Positions 26,602 to 36,675 are shown, counted from the stretch's first letter. The stretch: DNA of 64,000 nucleotides from an uncultured cyanobacterium (GCA_963793425.1 CAWCAG010000005.1:768001-832000), one strand, 5' to 3'. Made by a program: numbers and translations. Notes: generated by a model from the sequence alone, not told the origin.

Positions 26602-27654
26602 GTGGAAAATAAGCTATTGAAAATTAACTGGAAATTTTCAGCAATTCTTGCTTTAGGAATCGTACTCTTGCCTTTTCCTGCCCTTGCAAATGTAGGAACA
26701 CCTTTGATATGGGCTAGAATTTCACATCTCCTACTCGGCAATGCCATTATTGGTTCAGCAGAAGCATTCTTACTGACAAAACTGTTTCATACTCCCAAAT
26801 GGCCATCAGTTTGGCTACTATATGCCGCTAACTACCTATCGGCTTGGGTAGGAGCATTCTTGCTCACAAATAGGCTATCTAGTATCCCCAGTATTACTAT
26901 TGAGAATGCCCAAATCTGGCTCTGGATCTGCGTTCCTTTCGCTTTTGCAGTCACGTTATTGATCGAATACCCCTTCTTTTGGTTTCTACTCCGGAAGCAG
27001 GAAAGGTCAATTACTAAAGCTATTAAGGCGACACTAATTATTCACGGCATTAGTTATCTGCTGTTATTCGGTTGGTATAGCTTATCTAGCCAAACAAGTA
27101 TGTTAACTCAGCTTGAGGTAGTCGCAGCCCAGGAGATACAGCCCCAGGAAGAATATGAGCTTTATTTTATTACCCCTGATGGCAAGCAAGTTATTCGTTC
27201 AAACCTTGAAGGGAAAAACCAAAAGGTTGTCAAGGATCTTGAAGCTATAGAGAGAGATAGCAAACTTGTTGTACGCCAAGACGAAGAAAGTAGATTTGAT
27301 CTTCTTGTCGATAACGAGGTTATCCTTACTAATTTTGCCTCTCTAGCCGGCGATCGTCCCCAATTTTATGAGGAAGTAACCAAGCTTACTGAAAATAGTG
27401 ACTGGGAATACCGTACTATAGTTTGGGCAGCAGGAGGAATTATTGGTAATAACCAGAAAGAGAATTCAGGATTCCAATTTGCCATTGAGACACCTTTTGC
27501 AGCTTGGAGGGTAAGCAATGCGACTCACCTTGAAGGGGATGCCGTTGTCTTTCAACTTGGAGACAATCAAGTGTGTATCCTACAGCCTCAAGAAAAAATT
27601 ATAGCATTGATTGCACGGGGCAAGGAACCAGTTGTGGTGAAACCTAAATCATAA
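26602..27654 (+). CDS. Hypothetical membrane protein (signal peptide, several TM helices, soluble C-terminal beta domain)
   Basis: PALA signal-like cleavage site; hydrophobic helices with LGNAIIG..E, ANYLSAW and TLLIEYPF. Confidence 0.7.
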   Translation: MENKLLKINWKFSAILALGIVLLPFPALANVGTPLIWARISHLLLGNAIIGSAEAFLLTKLFHTPKWPSVWLLYAANYLSAWVGAFLLTNRLSSIPSITIENAQIWLWICVPFAFAVTLLIEYPFFWFLLRKQERSITKAIKATLIIHGISYLLLFGWYSLSSQTSMLTQLEVVAAQEIQPQEEYELYFITPDGKQVIRSNLEGKNQKVVKDLEAIERDSKLVVRQDEESRFDLLVDNEVILTNFASLAGDRPQFYEEVTKLTENSDWEYRTIVWAAGGIIGNNQKENSGFQFAIETPFAAWRVSNATHLEGDAVVFQLGDNQVCILQPQEKIIALIARGKEPVVVKPKS

Positions 27655-27804
27655 ATTGAGATTATGTAGTGGCAACCAATATAAACTAAAATTATTTCCC
27701 AGGTGATAATTGTTAAAATAAATCTTGCTCTATCAGGTAGTAATAAAATACTGATAATTATCAAGAGTATCAACTATCATTTTATGATAACAATGAAAGC
27801 CAGA

Positions 27805-29133
27805 TTACAAAAGATTCCGTGCTTTAAGGCGTAAATATTGTTCAACTAACTCTTCACTAATTTGATTAGCTGGGGCATCAAGGACAAGAACACCTTTTTG
27901 TTTAAGTTGGGCGAAAGCAACTTCTCTTTGGGATAATAAATCTAAAGCTACCGCCCGGCTATAAGCTGTTTCTACTTTCCCTTGTTGTTTGTTTTCGATG
28001 GTGTTGGCAGTATGGGCAATTACATCAACTTGGGGATCGCGGAGAGTAACGCATAAAGGTAAATAACGGGGAGTTAAACGCATTAAAGAAGCGAGAAGTT
28101 CAGCAGAAGCCGTGGTATCAACTATATCAGTAATTAATACTACCAAAGCACGACGAGTTTGCTGATTAACTAATTTGGTAATCGCCCCCATATAATCTGG
28201 TTCTAATAATACTGGTTGAATGGGAGTCAGGCGTTCAATTAATTTGGGGAGATGGTTTTGTCCCCTTTCTGGAGGTATCCAAGTGGTAACTTCTCGATCA
28301 AAAACTCCTACTCCCACGCGATCGCCTCGATTTAATCCAGCTAAGGCTAAAGAAAGAGTTGCATTTAAGCCCCAATCAAAACGGGTTAAGCCTTGTACTT
28401 GGGCTGTCATTAAGCGCCCTCGGTCTAATAAAATAATTAAGGTTTGCTCTTTTTCTGGTTCTAAAACCCTAACTAAAGGGCGAGAACGACGGGCAGTTGC
28501 TTTCCAATCAATTAATCTGGTATCGTCACCAGTGCTATATTCCCGCAATTCGCTAAATTCTGTTCCTGTTCCTAAACGCTTCGCTTGGCGCATTGAACCA
28601 GTATTTTCTAAAGCAAGGCGAATAGAAAGCGATCGCAAGCCAATTAAGTCAGGATAGACAGCTACTTTTTGTTGCGCCGATACCTGCCAATCGTACCATC
28701 CTAAACCCCAAGGTCCTAATTGCCTAACCTGTATATTTCCCCAAAGGAATTCCCCTCGACTGTTTGGGTAAACTGTGTAAGTAAGTTCCTCGCTTGTATT
28801 AGAGGCAAGGGTTTGTTGAAGAGTAGATTGGGGAACATTAAACTGGAGAGGGTAGTAATCTTTAATAAGGACAGAGGCAGGAGTTTTTGATGATCGCAGG
28901 GATAATGTTACACGATTGTCTCGACCGACAGAAAGCCTTTCTGTGTGATGGCGCTTAATTTCTACTCGGTTTGCTTTAACTCTCAAAGCATCTATGACAC
29001 CTAACAGTAAGACTACAGCATCATAAATTAGGACAACCACCACTGCTATTTGTAAATTTTTCAAAATAGCCACAAAAATAGCGATCGCTATTCCTAAACT
29101 TAAGAGTAAGTAAACTAAGCGAGAAGGAATCAT
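27805..29133 (-). CDS. DUF58 domain protein (MoxR-associated, vWA-like)
   Basis: VAVYPDL, GTGTEFSELREY..GDD.R.IDWKATAR, IILLDRGRLM, VVLITD. Confidence 0.92.
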   Translation of the reverse strand: MIPSRLVYLLLSLGIAIAIFVAILKNLQIAVVVVLIYDAVVLLLGVIDALRVKANRVEIKRHHTERLSVGRDNRVTLSLRSSKTPASVLIKDYYPLQFNVPQSTLQQTLASNTSEELTYTVYPNSRGEFLWGNIQVRQLGPWGLGWYDWQVSAQQKVAVYPDLIGLRSLSIRLALENTGSMRQAKRLGTGTEFSELREYSTGDDTRLIDWKATARRSRPLVRVLEPEKEQTLIILLDRGRLMTAQVQGLTRFDWGLNATLSLALAGLNRGDRVGVGVFDREVTTWIPPERGQNHLPKLIERLTPIQPVLLEPDYMGAITKLVNQQTRRALVVLITDIVDTTASAELLASLMRLTPRYLPLCVTLRDPQVDVIAHTANTIENKQQGKVETAYSRAVALDLLSQREVAFAQLKQKGVLVLDAPANQISEELVEQYLRLKARNLL

Positions 29134-29155
29134 AGATAAAGGAACTGATTAAAGT

Positions 29156-30214
29156 ATGAAGTTATTTCATAATGGGCTTAAAGATTTATTATTACTCAAT
29201 AAATACAGTTCTGGGAAAAAGATTGGTTTTCTCTCTATTGAAACTGATTTACCAGAGCTATTTGTCAAGCTAACTAAAGCTTTACCTAGCTACGCCTTTG
29301 GTTTACATATTCGTCGGGAATATCGCCATATTATGATGGCATTGAGGGGATTTCAACTTCAAGATGCTGAGGCTTTATTTGTGTTTGAAATTTATTCTCA
29401 ACATTTACTATTAACTCTTCCTTTATTAGCCTTAACAGGAAAAGAAGTTTTACTAAGTTTACATGGCAATCAACAATTTGCTATGAACAGTAAAGTTAAA
29501 TATTTAGGTTTACTTTATCTCAAGTTGTTTTTAAATCTACCTACTTTTAAGGCTTTAACTTTAGAAATAGATGATGATGTTATTCCAGAGAAATATCAAT
29601 TACCAGATAACTCCAAACTAATTATTCCTCATCCTATACTTAGTGATATTAAACCTAATTTGAAACCAGGGGAAAGATGGCCAGAAGAACGCCCGATTAA
29701 AGTTGGCGTAGTTGGTATGATTAGGGCAGATAAACCTATTGCTAAACTTATTGAGGAATTGCAGCAATATATTACTCAATCTCAACATAATTGTGAGTTA
29801 ATTATTGGTACTCCTTTTTGGCAGAAACCAGATTATTTAAATGAAATAAATGCTACTCTTGTCGATACAGCAAAAGAGGAAGATTACCTCAAAGTTTTAC
29901 AACAAATTGATATTTTAGTTATTCATTATGACCAAGAGCGCTATTATTATCGTACTAGTGGCGTAATCAGCGATGCTGGGAGTTGTGGTTGCTATATTGT
30001 TGCTTCTGATTATCCAGTTATTAAACATCAAGTTGACTGGCCTGTTAAAATTGGCTCAACCTTTAAAGAGTTTGGAGAAATAGGTTCAATTATTGATGCA
30101 GCAATTCCACAAATTCGTTCTCAAGGACAAGACAATCACTGGTTATGGCGAGAAGGAAGAAATGCCGAGGCGATCGCTAAAATTCTTTTTCAAAACTCTC
30201 AATTGTCTGATTAA
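29156..30214 (+). CDS. Putative GT-B glycosyltransferase-like protein
   Basis: IIPHP, GVVGMIRADK, EEDY...L...DIL...Y......RTSGVISDA...IVASD.P resemble a GT-B C-terminal domain. Confidence 0.6.
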   Translation: MKLFHNGLKDLLLLNKYSSGKKIGFLSIETDLPELFVKLTKALPSYAFGLHIRREYRHIMMALRGFQLQDAEALFVFEIYSQHLLLTLPLLALTGKEVLLSLHGNQQFAMNSKVKYLGLLYLKLFLNLPTFKALTLEIDDDVIPEKYQLPDNSKLIIPHPILSDIKPNLKPGERWPEERPIKVGVVGMIRADKPIAKLIEELQQYITQSQHNCELIIGTPFWQKPDYLNEINATLVDTAKEEDYLKVLQQIDILVIHYDQERYYYRTSGVISDAGSCGCYIVASDYPVIKHQVDWPVKIGSTFKEFGEIGSIIDAAIPQIRSQGQDNHWLWREGRNAEAIAKILFQNSQLSD

Positions 30215-30230
30215 GTCTTAAATAAACCCT

Positions 30231-30497
30231 ATGTCTCATAATAAATGTTCTATGACTGTAGTTGTCAAACTATTTGCTGCTTTTCAAGAAGCTTATAGTT
30301 CTTCGGAATTGCAACTTGAATTACCTTCAGAAACTACTGTATACGGAGTATTAGAAAGGTTAATTAAGGAACATCCAGAATTGGAGAAATGGCGAAATTT
30401 AACTCGTTTTGGAGTCAATTTGCAATTTGTGGAACCCAATACTATTGTTCAGGATGGAGATGAAGTTGTACTCATTCCTCCTGTAAGTGGTGGCTAA
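30231..30497 (+). CDS. moaD: Molybdopterin synthase sulfur carrier MoaD/ThiS family (start may be 30252)
   Basis: VKLFAA..E, GVNLQFV, DGDEVVLIPPVSGG with C-terminal GG. Confidence 0.88.
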   Translation: MSHNKCSMTVVVKLFAAFQEAYSSSELQLELPSETTVYGVLERLIKEHPELEKWRNLTRFGVNLQFVEPNTIVQDGDEVVLIPPVSGG

Positions 30498-30509
30498 TTT
30501 CATTGAACG

Positions 30510-30598
30510 TTAAACATTTAACCTTAATAGTAATAGTAAATGTTTAATTTTAAGTCCAAAGACAAGCATAAGCAAGAATGCTGTTTTATGTCTTTTGA
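30510..30598. terminator. Inverted repeats between the convergent moaD and protease genes
   Basis: TTAAACATTTA...TAAATGTTTAA (30510-30547) and AAAGACA...TGTCTTT. Confidence 0.4.
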
Positions 30599-30600
30599 AA

Positions 30601-31539
30601 TTAAAATTCGACTAAAATATTAGCTAAACGGCGATTACGAGCTACAGTAAGTACCATAGAATCAGGACGAGTATTGAGGTAAGAAACTAACTGTCTGACA
30701 TCTCGAAGGCGACGACGGTTAACTCCTACCAACTGATCTCCTGGTCTTAAACCGATGGAAGCGGCGACAGAATTGCGTTCTACGGATTCGATAATCAAAC
30801 TGGCTGCGTCAACAGAAATGCCTAAACGAGGTGCTTGAGAAGGGGCAGCAGCTACTTGTGGGGCGGTTCGATTGCGGTTTTGGGCGACAAATTGCTGTGC
30901 TTCTGTGGCGCTAGTAGCAAAGCCTATACCAATATTGCCTCTTCCCCCAGCACTGAGAATAGCTTTGTTAACACCGATTAATTCTCCACGGGAATTCAAC
31001 AAAGGGCCACCAGAGTTACCGGGGTTAATAGCAGCATCGGTTTGCAAATCACCATTTGGGGCAATGCGACTCAGGGTTCCTTGAGTAAAAGTTCCTGATA
31101 AACCAAAGGGGCTACCAATAGCATAAACTGTTTGACCAACTTTAATACTGTTGGCACTAGCAATGGGGATAGTGGGCAGGCGATCGCTAGTGTTTAAGCG
31201 TACTAAAGCCAGATCATTAGGACTATCAACAGCAATTACATTACCTTGGTATTCTTTACCTTCAGCAGCAATAACTTTAACCACCCCTCGGTTGGCGTTT
31301 CTGATTACGTGTTCGTTGGTCAAAATCAGGCCTTCAGAACTAATAATACTGCCTGAACCTGCACCTCTACCAACTTGAATTGTGACTACAGCAGGGCTAG
31401 CTTGATTATAAACATCAATACTAACTTGTTCATCACCGTTATACTGAGCAAGTAATCTGGGTTCAGAAGCTTCAGCTACCATAGGAATGGCAGCTAGACA
31501 TAAGGAGAGGGCGTATACTGCGAAATTCTTGGGTTTCAT
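30601..31539 (-). CDS. Trypsin-like (HtrA/DegS family) serine protease with PDZ domain
   Basis: Signal peptide; GSGSII, LTNEHV (His), DLALV (Asp), QTDAAINPGNSGGPL (Ser); C-terminal RLGI...GLRPGD. Confidence 0.93.
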   Translation of the reverse strand: MKPKNFAVYALSLCLAAIPMVAEASEPRLLAQYNGDEQVSIDVYNQASPAVVTIQVGRGAGSGSIISSEGLILTNEHVIRNANRGVVKVIAAEGKEYQGNVIAVDSPNDLALVRLNTSDRLPTIPIASANSIKVGQTVYAIGSPFGLSGTFTQGTLSRIAPNGDLQTDAAINPGNSGGPLLNSRGELIGVNKAILSAGGRGNIGIGFATSATEAQQFVAQNRNRTAPQVAAAPSQAPRLGISVDAASLIIESVERNSVAASIGLRPGDQLVGVNRRRLRDVRQLVSYLNTRPDSMVLTVARNRRLANILVEF

Positions 31540-31782
31540 AGGTGCAGTAATTTAATTTGTGTGAGGGCTAGGAGTGATTAACTAATGTAGACGGGGCGAG
31601 AACAAAAGTGTTCCTGATTATAATTGATGAGTTAAAAACAAAAAAAGCTATTAACTATTAGTTTAAGGCAAAAATATTTTCAATTAAACAAATAATACTA
31701 AGTTAGTAACTTATTATAGACCGAGCTATTGAAACTAATTTCTGCGATCGCTACAGTAGTGCAAAAGAGAGGTCAATAATAT

Positions 31783-32229
31783 TCAAGTCTTAACTAAAAT
31801 AGAGCCCTCTTCCTCTTTCACTTCATAAGTTGGTAAAGGTTCTTGGGCAGGGCCTTTAAGTACTTCTCCATTAGGGGCAAACTTGGAACCATGACAAGGA
31901 CAAACCAAATTCTTTGCCTCCCCGTCCCACTCAACAGTACAACCTTTGTGGGTACAGGCAGGACTAACAGCAGCTAGATTATTATCTTCACTACGAACAA
32001 CAATTAAGTCATTTTTCTTTTGTAAAAGGTAGCCTGCTTGCTCTAACTCTGCTGTTGTTCCAGCTACCATAAAACCATCTTCACGAAGTCCTTCAGTAGT
32101 AGGGGCTGCTTCAGGAGAAGTTTCGGTTTCAGCTTCTTCTGTCTCTGAGTTACAGGCGGCGATCGCAACGGGTAAAGAACTAGCTAAAATACCCACACTA
32201 ACCCAACTTAAAAATTTACGACGTTCCAT
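31783..32229 (-). CDS. Rieske [2Fe-2S] lipoprotein, PetC3-like
   Basis: Tat motif ERRKFL, lipobox IAAC, CTHKGC and CPCHGSKF, GPA..PL. Confidence 0.9.
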   Translation of the reverse strand: MERRKFLSWVSVGILASSLPVAIAACNSETEEAETETSPEAAPTTEGLREDGFMVAGTTAELEQAGYLLQKKNDLIVVRSEDNNLAAVSPACTHKGCTVEWDGEAKNLVCPCHGSKFAPNGEVLKGPAQEPLPTYEVKEEEGSILVKT

Positions 32230-32256
32230 AATTGTTTCTTCTCTATTGGTTATTGT

Positions 32257-33168
32257 TCAACAACTAGTCTTTTCTATTTCAATTCCGTATTCAATTAATT
32301 GTTCTATATTTCCCTGAAGCTTTTTACATAAATCATCTAGAGGTAAATCGTTAGCATCTCTACCAAAAGGATTTTCGATTTCAATACCAATCGCTTCTAC
32401 ACCTAACAAAGCAAAACTTACTAAACCAACGGCTGGAATTGCTCCCCAACCTAAATCAGAGACGTAGGTAAAAGGCAAACCCAAACAGTAGATTAATAAT
32501 AAGTGTCTTAAGTGAATAGAATAGGCTTTGGGTAAAGGGGTATTGAGAATTCGTTCGCAACCAATAAGTCCCTCACTTATCATATCTAAAGATTTATTCA
32601 ATGTATCAAAAAAACGATCATTAATCAAACCTTCTTGATAATATATTTGACTAAAATAGTTTGCTAGCCAGTTATTTATTCTCAGAGGTATATGAGTGAC
32701 TTCTTCTAATTCTGAATACTGTTTGTTGTCAAGTAAATCAATAAGTTCAGCATTCAAATACTCTTTCCTTAAGTGAGTTTTAATTGCCACTATTAAAATG
32801 ATAACTAATCTAATTTGCTTAATCTTCTCCCTTTGTTCTTCTTTTGTTTTAGCTGGAACAATAAACCAGATATTTCTAGATAATATTCTACTATTATTGA
32901 GCAAACTGCCAAAAAGCTTTCTTCCTTCCCAATATCTGTCATAGGCGGTGTTTGTTCTAAAAACAATAAGTAATCCTAAAACAATGGTGGGAATCAAAGT
33001 ATTAATGATGGGCCTATCTACTGACCATCCTTCATAATAAGCAACAGTAACGAGGGCAGCAAAAATCATTGTTCCAGCTACCCGCCTCCAAATTGTCGGA
33101 ATAACTGAACTTTTTAAATCGATTGCTAACCTGAACCAGGTAAACCACTTTTTTTGAGCAGAGGACAT
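32257..33168 (-). CDS. Bestrophin-family ion channel (YneE/KpBest/VCCN type)
   Basis: FRTNTAYDRYWEGRK, CERILNTPLP.AY, EIENPFG.D.NDLPLD. Confidence 0.92.
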   Translation of the reverse strand: MSSAQKKWFTWFRLAIDLKSSVIPTIWRRVAGTMIFAALVTVAYYEGWSVDRPIINTLIPTIVLGLLIVFRTNTAYDRYWEGRKLFGSLLNNSRILSRNIWFIVPAKTKEEQREKIKQIRLVIILIVAIKTHLRKEYLNAELIDLLDNKQYSELEEVTHIPLRINNWLANYFSQIYYQEGLINDRFFDTLNKSLDMISEGLIGCERILNTPLPKAYSIHLRHLLLIYCLGLPFTYVSDLGWGAIPAVGLVSFALLGVEAIGIEIENPFGRDANDLPLDDLCKKLQGNIEQLIEYGIEIEKTSC

Positions 33169-33191
33169 ATTGTATCTATTTGAAAATTGCT

Positions 33192-33521
33192 TTAAATCTT
33201 ATTTGCTAAGTTTAAGTTATCTAATTCTTGCCAGAGAATATTAATAAATTCTTCTGTATTTTTTAGTTTCATTTCACCAAATGCTGCTAGTTCTTCAGGA
33301 CTATATTGATGATCTTCTCCCATAACTTCCTGAATCCAATAGGGTAAATCGGTAGGATTCTCAATAAACATTTGGCTAATTTTTACGGCATCTTTACCTA
33401 AAGTTGTACCATCAAATGTTGTTGCTAAGCAAAACTTTAGTAACTTGGCTAAATTGCTTTGGGGGGGGATAGAAATTAAAAAAGCCATGTATTGAGCTAA
33501 TGCAGATTTTGATAGGCTCAT
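33192..33521 (-). CDS. Hypothetical protein, 109 aa
   Basis: Clean ORF with SD GGAG, tightly spaced within the operon; no family recognised. Confidence 0.7.
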   Translation of the reverse strand: MSLSKSALAQYMAFLISIPPQSNLAKLLKFCLATTFDGTTLGKDAVKISQMFIENPTDLPYWIQEVMGEDHQYSPEELAAFGEMKLKNTEEFINILWQELDNLNLANKI

Positions 33522-33580
33522 TGAAATTGCTCTCCATTATTAATTACTTGGTTTCCTATAAACAATGGTTAAATAAACCA

Positions 33581-35417
33581 TCACGAATGTATAGAACCAT
33601 CGGGCATGATAGCTCCTTTAAGATAAGCTTTTCGTAAATCAAATTCGTTTACCTTAGCATTTTTCAGGTTAGCACCAGTTAAGTAAGTATTGTTAAGATC
33701 AGCACCGCTTAGATTAGCATGACTAAGATTCGTACCGCTTAAATTAGCATCTCTTAAATCAGCACAAACCAAATTAGCATAACTTAAATTAGCGCTGCTA
33801 AGGTTGGTGTAACTTAATTTAGCAAAACCTAAGTTAGTACGCTCTAAATTAGCCCCAGTAAAGTTGACACGAGCTAAAAGAGCATTACCTAAGTTGGCAT
33901 GACTAAGATTTGCATTGCTGAGATTAGTTTTAGTTAAATTCGCATCACTAAGAATCAGCTTTAGGTAAGTTTATTTTAGCTAAATCCGCATTAGGAGCAG
34001 TCAATCCTTTTAAGGTAACTCCATCTTCATTCAAATCTTGCAAAGCCAAAATTCTCGCATAGCTAACCTTAACTCCAGTAGCATTATCTACTGTACTCCA
34101 AGCTTGATAGTGAAATTCTTTTTTGCGATCAGGTGTTTCTTTGATATATAAAACCAAGGCAACTAAAAGGCTAATTGCATCTGCACCTTCTAAAAGTTCT
34201 GCTAGTAATGTTTCGTCATCCGCAGCTAGATATAAAAACGATAACAAAAAAGCTGAACCAACTGCCACAGCCCAGGTAGGTAAAGACCAAAATTTTTCTA
34301 AGAGTTTATCTAATATTAATTTAAGAAAAGAATCAAGGGAAGGAATTTTTTCTTGTTGTCGTTCCTTACTCCTCTTAAACTTCACCTTAAGATTATTAAA
34401 GGCTATTAAAGGCTTTTTAACAGCAAATTTTATTTTAAGTTTATCAAAAGCTACCAAAGGTTTTTTACTAGTGACTTTACCCTCTTGCGGAGTTTTGCTA
34501 ATAGTAGTTCCTTTTGCACCTTCAAGCATCATTTTGGTAACGGTGTTGTAGGTTTCTAACCAAGCTTGTTGAACTTCATTTGTCCAATCTTCTTGTAGAT
34601 AATCAGAGAAGGTTTGTAAGAGAACTTCCCCCACTAAAGGATAATACTTGGGTAATGTACCGTATTCTTTATGTCTCGACCCTAAATCAGTAAGAATCTG
34701 TCTTAATAATTCTGGTTGCCGTAAACTTTCTACTAACAAAACTAAAGAATTAAGAAACTTTTTTTCTTGCTTAATAACATCAGTTTTGGCAAAGAGTTTT
34801 TCTGTTTCTGGATGGGCAGTAAATAAATTTTGATAAAAGCTAGCAACAAAAGCTTCGGCTTGAGGTTTTATGCCCTCAAAGCTTTGTTCAACAAGTTCGA
34901 TTTGGCTCTTCTGAGATGATACAGGAGTTATTACTTTATCTGGTTTAATTGCTTGAGGTTTTGGGGCAATTTCTTCTGGAGTTAAGGTAATCTCCGATTG
35001 AGGTGCTACATCTACTCCTGCACCTTCAAGCATCATTTTAGTAGCAGTATTGTAGGTTTCTAACCAAGCTTGTTGAACTTCATTTGTCCAATCTTCTTGT
35101 AGATAATCAGAGAAGGTTTGTAAGAGAACTTCCCCCACTAAAGGATAATACTTGGGTAATGTACCGTATTCTTTATGTCTCGACCCTAAATCAGTAAGAA
35201 TCTGTTTTAATAATTCTGGTTGCCGTAAAGTTTCTACTAACAAAACTAAAGAATTAAGCAGCTTTTTCTCCTGCTTATTCATATCAGTTTTAGCAAAGAG
35301 TTTTTCTGTTTCTGGATAAGCAACAAAGAGATTTTGGTAGAAGCTAGCGACAAAAGCTTCAGCTTGAGGTTTGATTCGCTCAAAGCTTTGTTCAACAAGT
35401 TCAATTTCTAAAGACAT
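33581..35417 (-). pseudogene. Globin-globin-2TM-pentapeptide repeat fusion interrupted by a +1 frameshift at 33953-33954 (mutation or sequencing error)
   Basis: Two flavohemoglobin-type globin domains (FYQNLF, KLF, KQEKK, LGSRH.EYG, YPLVGE.LL, AW..TY), then two hydrophobic helices, then pentapeptide repeats. Removing one T from gat-T-ctt-agt gives a 611-aa ORF ending GAIMPDGSIHS. Confidence 0.85.
34515..35408 (-). repeat. Internal duplication of the globin domain, 504-nt period
   Basis: 35019-35408 versus 34515-34904; 34546-34701 is identical to 35050-35205 (156 nt). Confidence 0.92.
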
Positions 35418-35435
35418 TATTTGAAAATAATTAAC

Positions 35436-35479
35436 ACTATAACTTTGTATTCTTTTTCAGAACAGTATCAGTAGTTACA
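35436..35479 (-). promoter_or_regulatory. NtcA-activated type promoter for the globin operon
   Basis: Minus strand tGTAACTACTGATACt (GTA-N8-TAC at 35478-35465), 23-nt spacer, then -10 TATAGT (35441-35436), 18 nt before the ATG. Confidence 0.7.
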
Positions 35480-35611
35480 GTTCTTTTATCCATTGAACTA
35501 GGATTTTAATTGAGTTGCTTATCAGTAATTGTCGTTAAACAGCGATTTCTCTACTAAAATTAATAACAGAGGGAATATAGAATTAGTAGCTTTAGTGGTA
35601 GTAGTATCAAA

Positions 35612-36010
35612 ATGTTTGGTAAATTTCAACAAAGCAATATTCGTATAGAAGTAGAAGCACCAGCAAAAGTAATTGGTGCTAGTCTCTTGCAACCTGCTAA
35701 ATTGAGCAAGTGGCTTTTTCCTCAGCGTTTAGAATCGGGAATGCCAGAAAAGTTAGTTTCTGGCTTAAACTTTACTAGTTGGACAGGGCCGGTAACTGTC
35801 CAACACCAAGTAGAAATAGCCAGCCCTAATTGCTTACGCCTGCTATTAAGCAAAGGTATTGATGGCTATCACGAATGGTACTGGGGAGAAGGTTGGGTAC
35901 AATCTCGCTTAGAAGGAATTTCCTACCTACCCTTAAATCTTGGTCAAACCCTTAGCTTAGTTAAATTGCGTCAATTCCTAACTTGGGAACAGGGAAAATT
36001 CAGTAAATAA
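35612..36010 (+). CDS. Conserved cyanobacterial hypothetical protein (SRPBCC/START-like fold suspected)
   Basis: FQQSNIRIEV.A...LSKGIDGYHEWYWGEGWVQSRLEGIS.LPL.LGQT. Confidence 0.8.
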   Translation: MFGKFQQSNIRIEVEAPAKVIGASLLQPAKLSKWLFPQRLESGMPEKLVSGLNFTSWTGPVTVQHQVEIASPNCLRLLLSKGIDGYHEWYWGEGWVQSRLEGISYLPLNLGQTLSLVKLRQFLTWEQGKFSK

Positions 36011-36042
36011 GTAACAAGCGATACCAAAAGTAGACTCAATTA

Positions 36043-36675
36043 TTACTGACTTAACCAAGAAATAGCGCTTTTGATCCATTCTTCTGGTTTAGGGTTTTTA
36101 AGTAGTTGATTGTCCTTACTTAAAGCAGACAATGCTTGGTCAATTTCTTCATTACTATAACCCAAAGCCAAAAGAGTCATTTCTACATCTTCTTGGATTT
36201 GTACTGAGGGGGTAGCCGCTAAACCTGTGGTAGTAATTCCTGTCATTTGTCGCCATTGAGACAACTTGGTTTTCAACTCTAAGGCGATACGTTCAGCAGT
36301 TTTTTTGCCTACACCAGGGGTTTTAGCTAAGGAGCGAATATTAGTTGTGACGATCGCTTGGACTAAATCTGTCAAACCTAAAGTATCAATTAAGGCGATC
36401 GCTAATTGCGCCCCAATGCCATTAACGCTGATTAGATGCCGAAACAAGTCTCTTTCCGCCCCAGAAGCGAAACCGTAGAGGATAGGTTGTTCTTCCCGTA
36501 CTTGTAGGTGAGTAAAGACTTGTACTGCTTCTTCTTTGCCTACTGGTAATTGTCGGGCAAAACGAGAAGTCGTTTGAATCTCGTAACCCATTTGGTTAAC
36601 TTCCATAACCAAGATAACTTTGTTGGTAGTGGTTTTAACCACCTCTATGGCTTGCCCTTTAAGATAGCTGATCAT
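36043..36675 (-). CDS. ruvA: Holliday junction branch migration protein RuvA
   Basis: MISYLKG, VREE...LYGF....ERDLF, VNGIG, PGVGKKTAERIALELK, LLALGY. Confidence 0.96.
   Translation of the reverse strand: MISYLKGQAIEVVKTTTNKVILVMEVNQMGYEIQTTSRFARQLPVGKEEAVQVFTHLQVREEQPILYGFASGAERDLFRHLISVNGIGAQLAIALIDTLGLTDLVQAIVTTNIRSLAKTPGVGKKTAERIALELKTKLSQWRQMTGITTTGLAATPSVQIQEDVEMTLLALGYSNEEIDQALSALSKDNQLLKNPKPEEWIKSAISWLSQ

Noticed and set aside
27588..27800. GATAAT-rich Fur-box-like stretch and a 61-aa hydrophobic ORF
   Set aside because: It lies between convergent genes in very AT-rich sequence, and the ORF overlaps the 3' end of the upstream gene and has no motif.
29133..29156. Only 22 nt between divergent start codons
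   Set aside because: Most simply explained by an uncertain start for the 29156 ORF or by internal promoters; no further signal.
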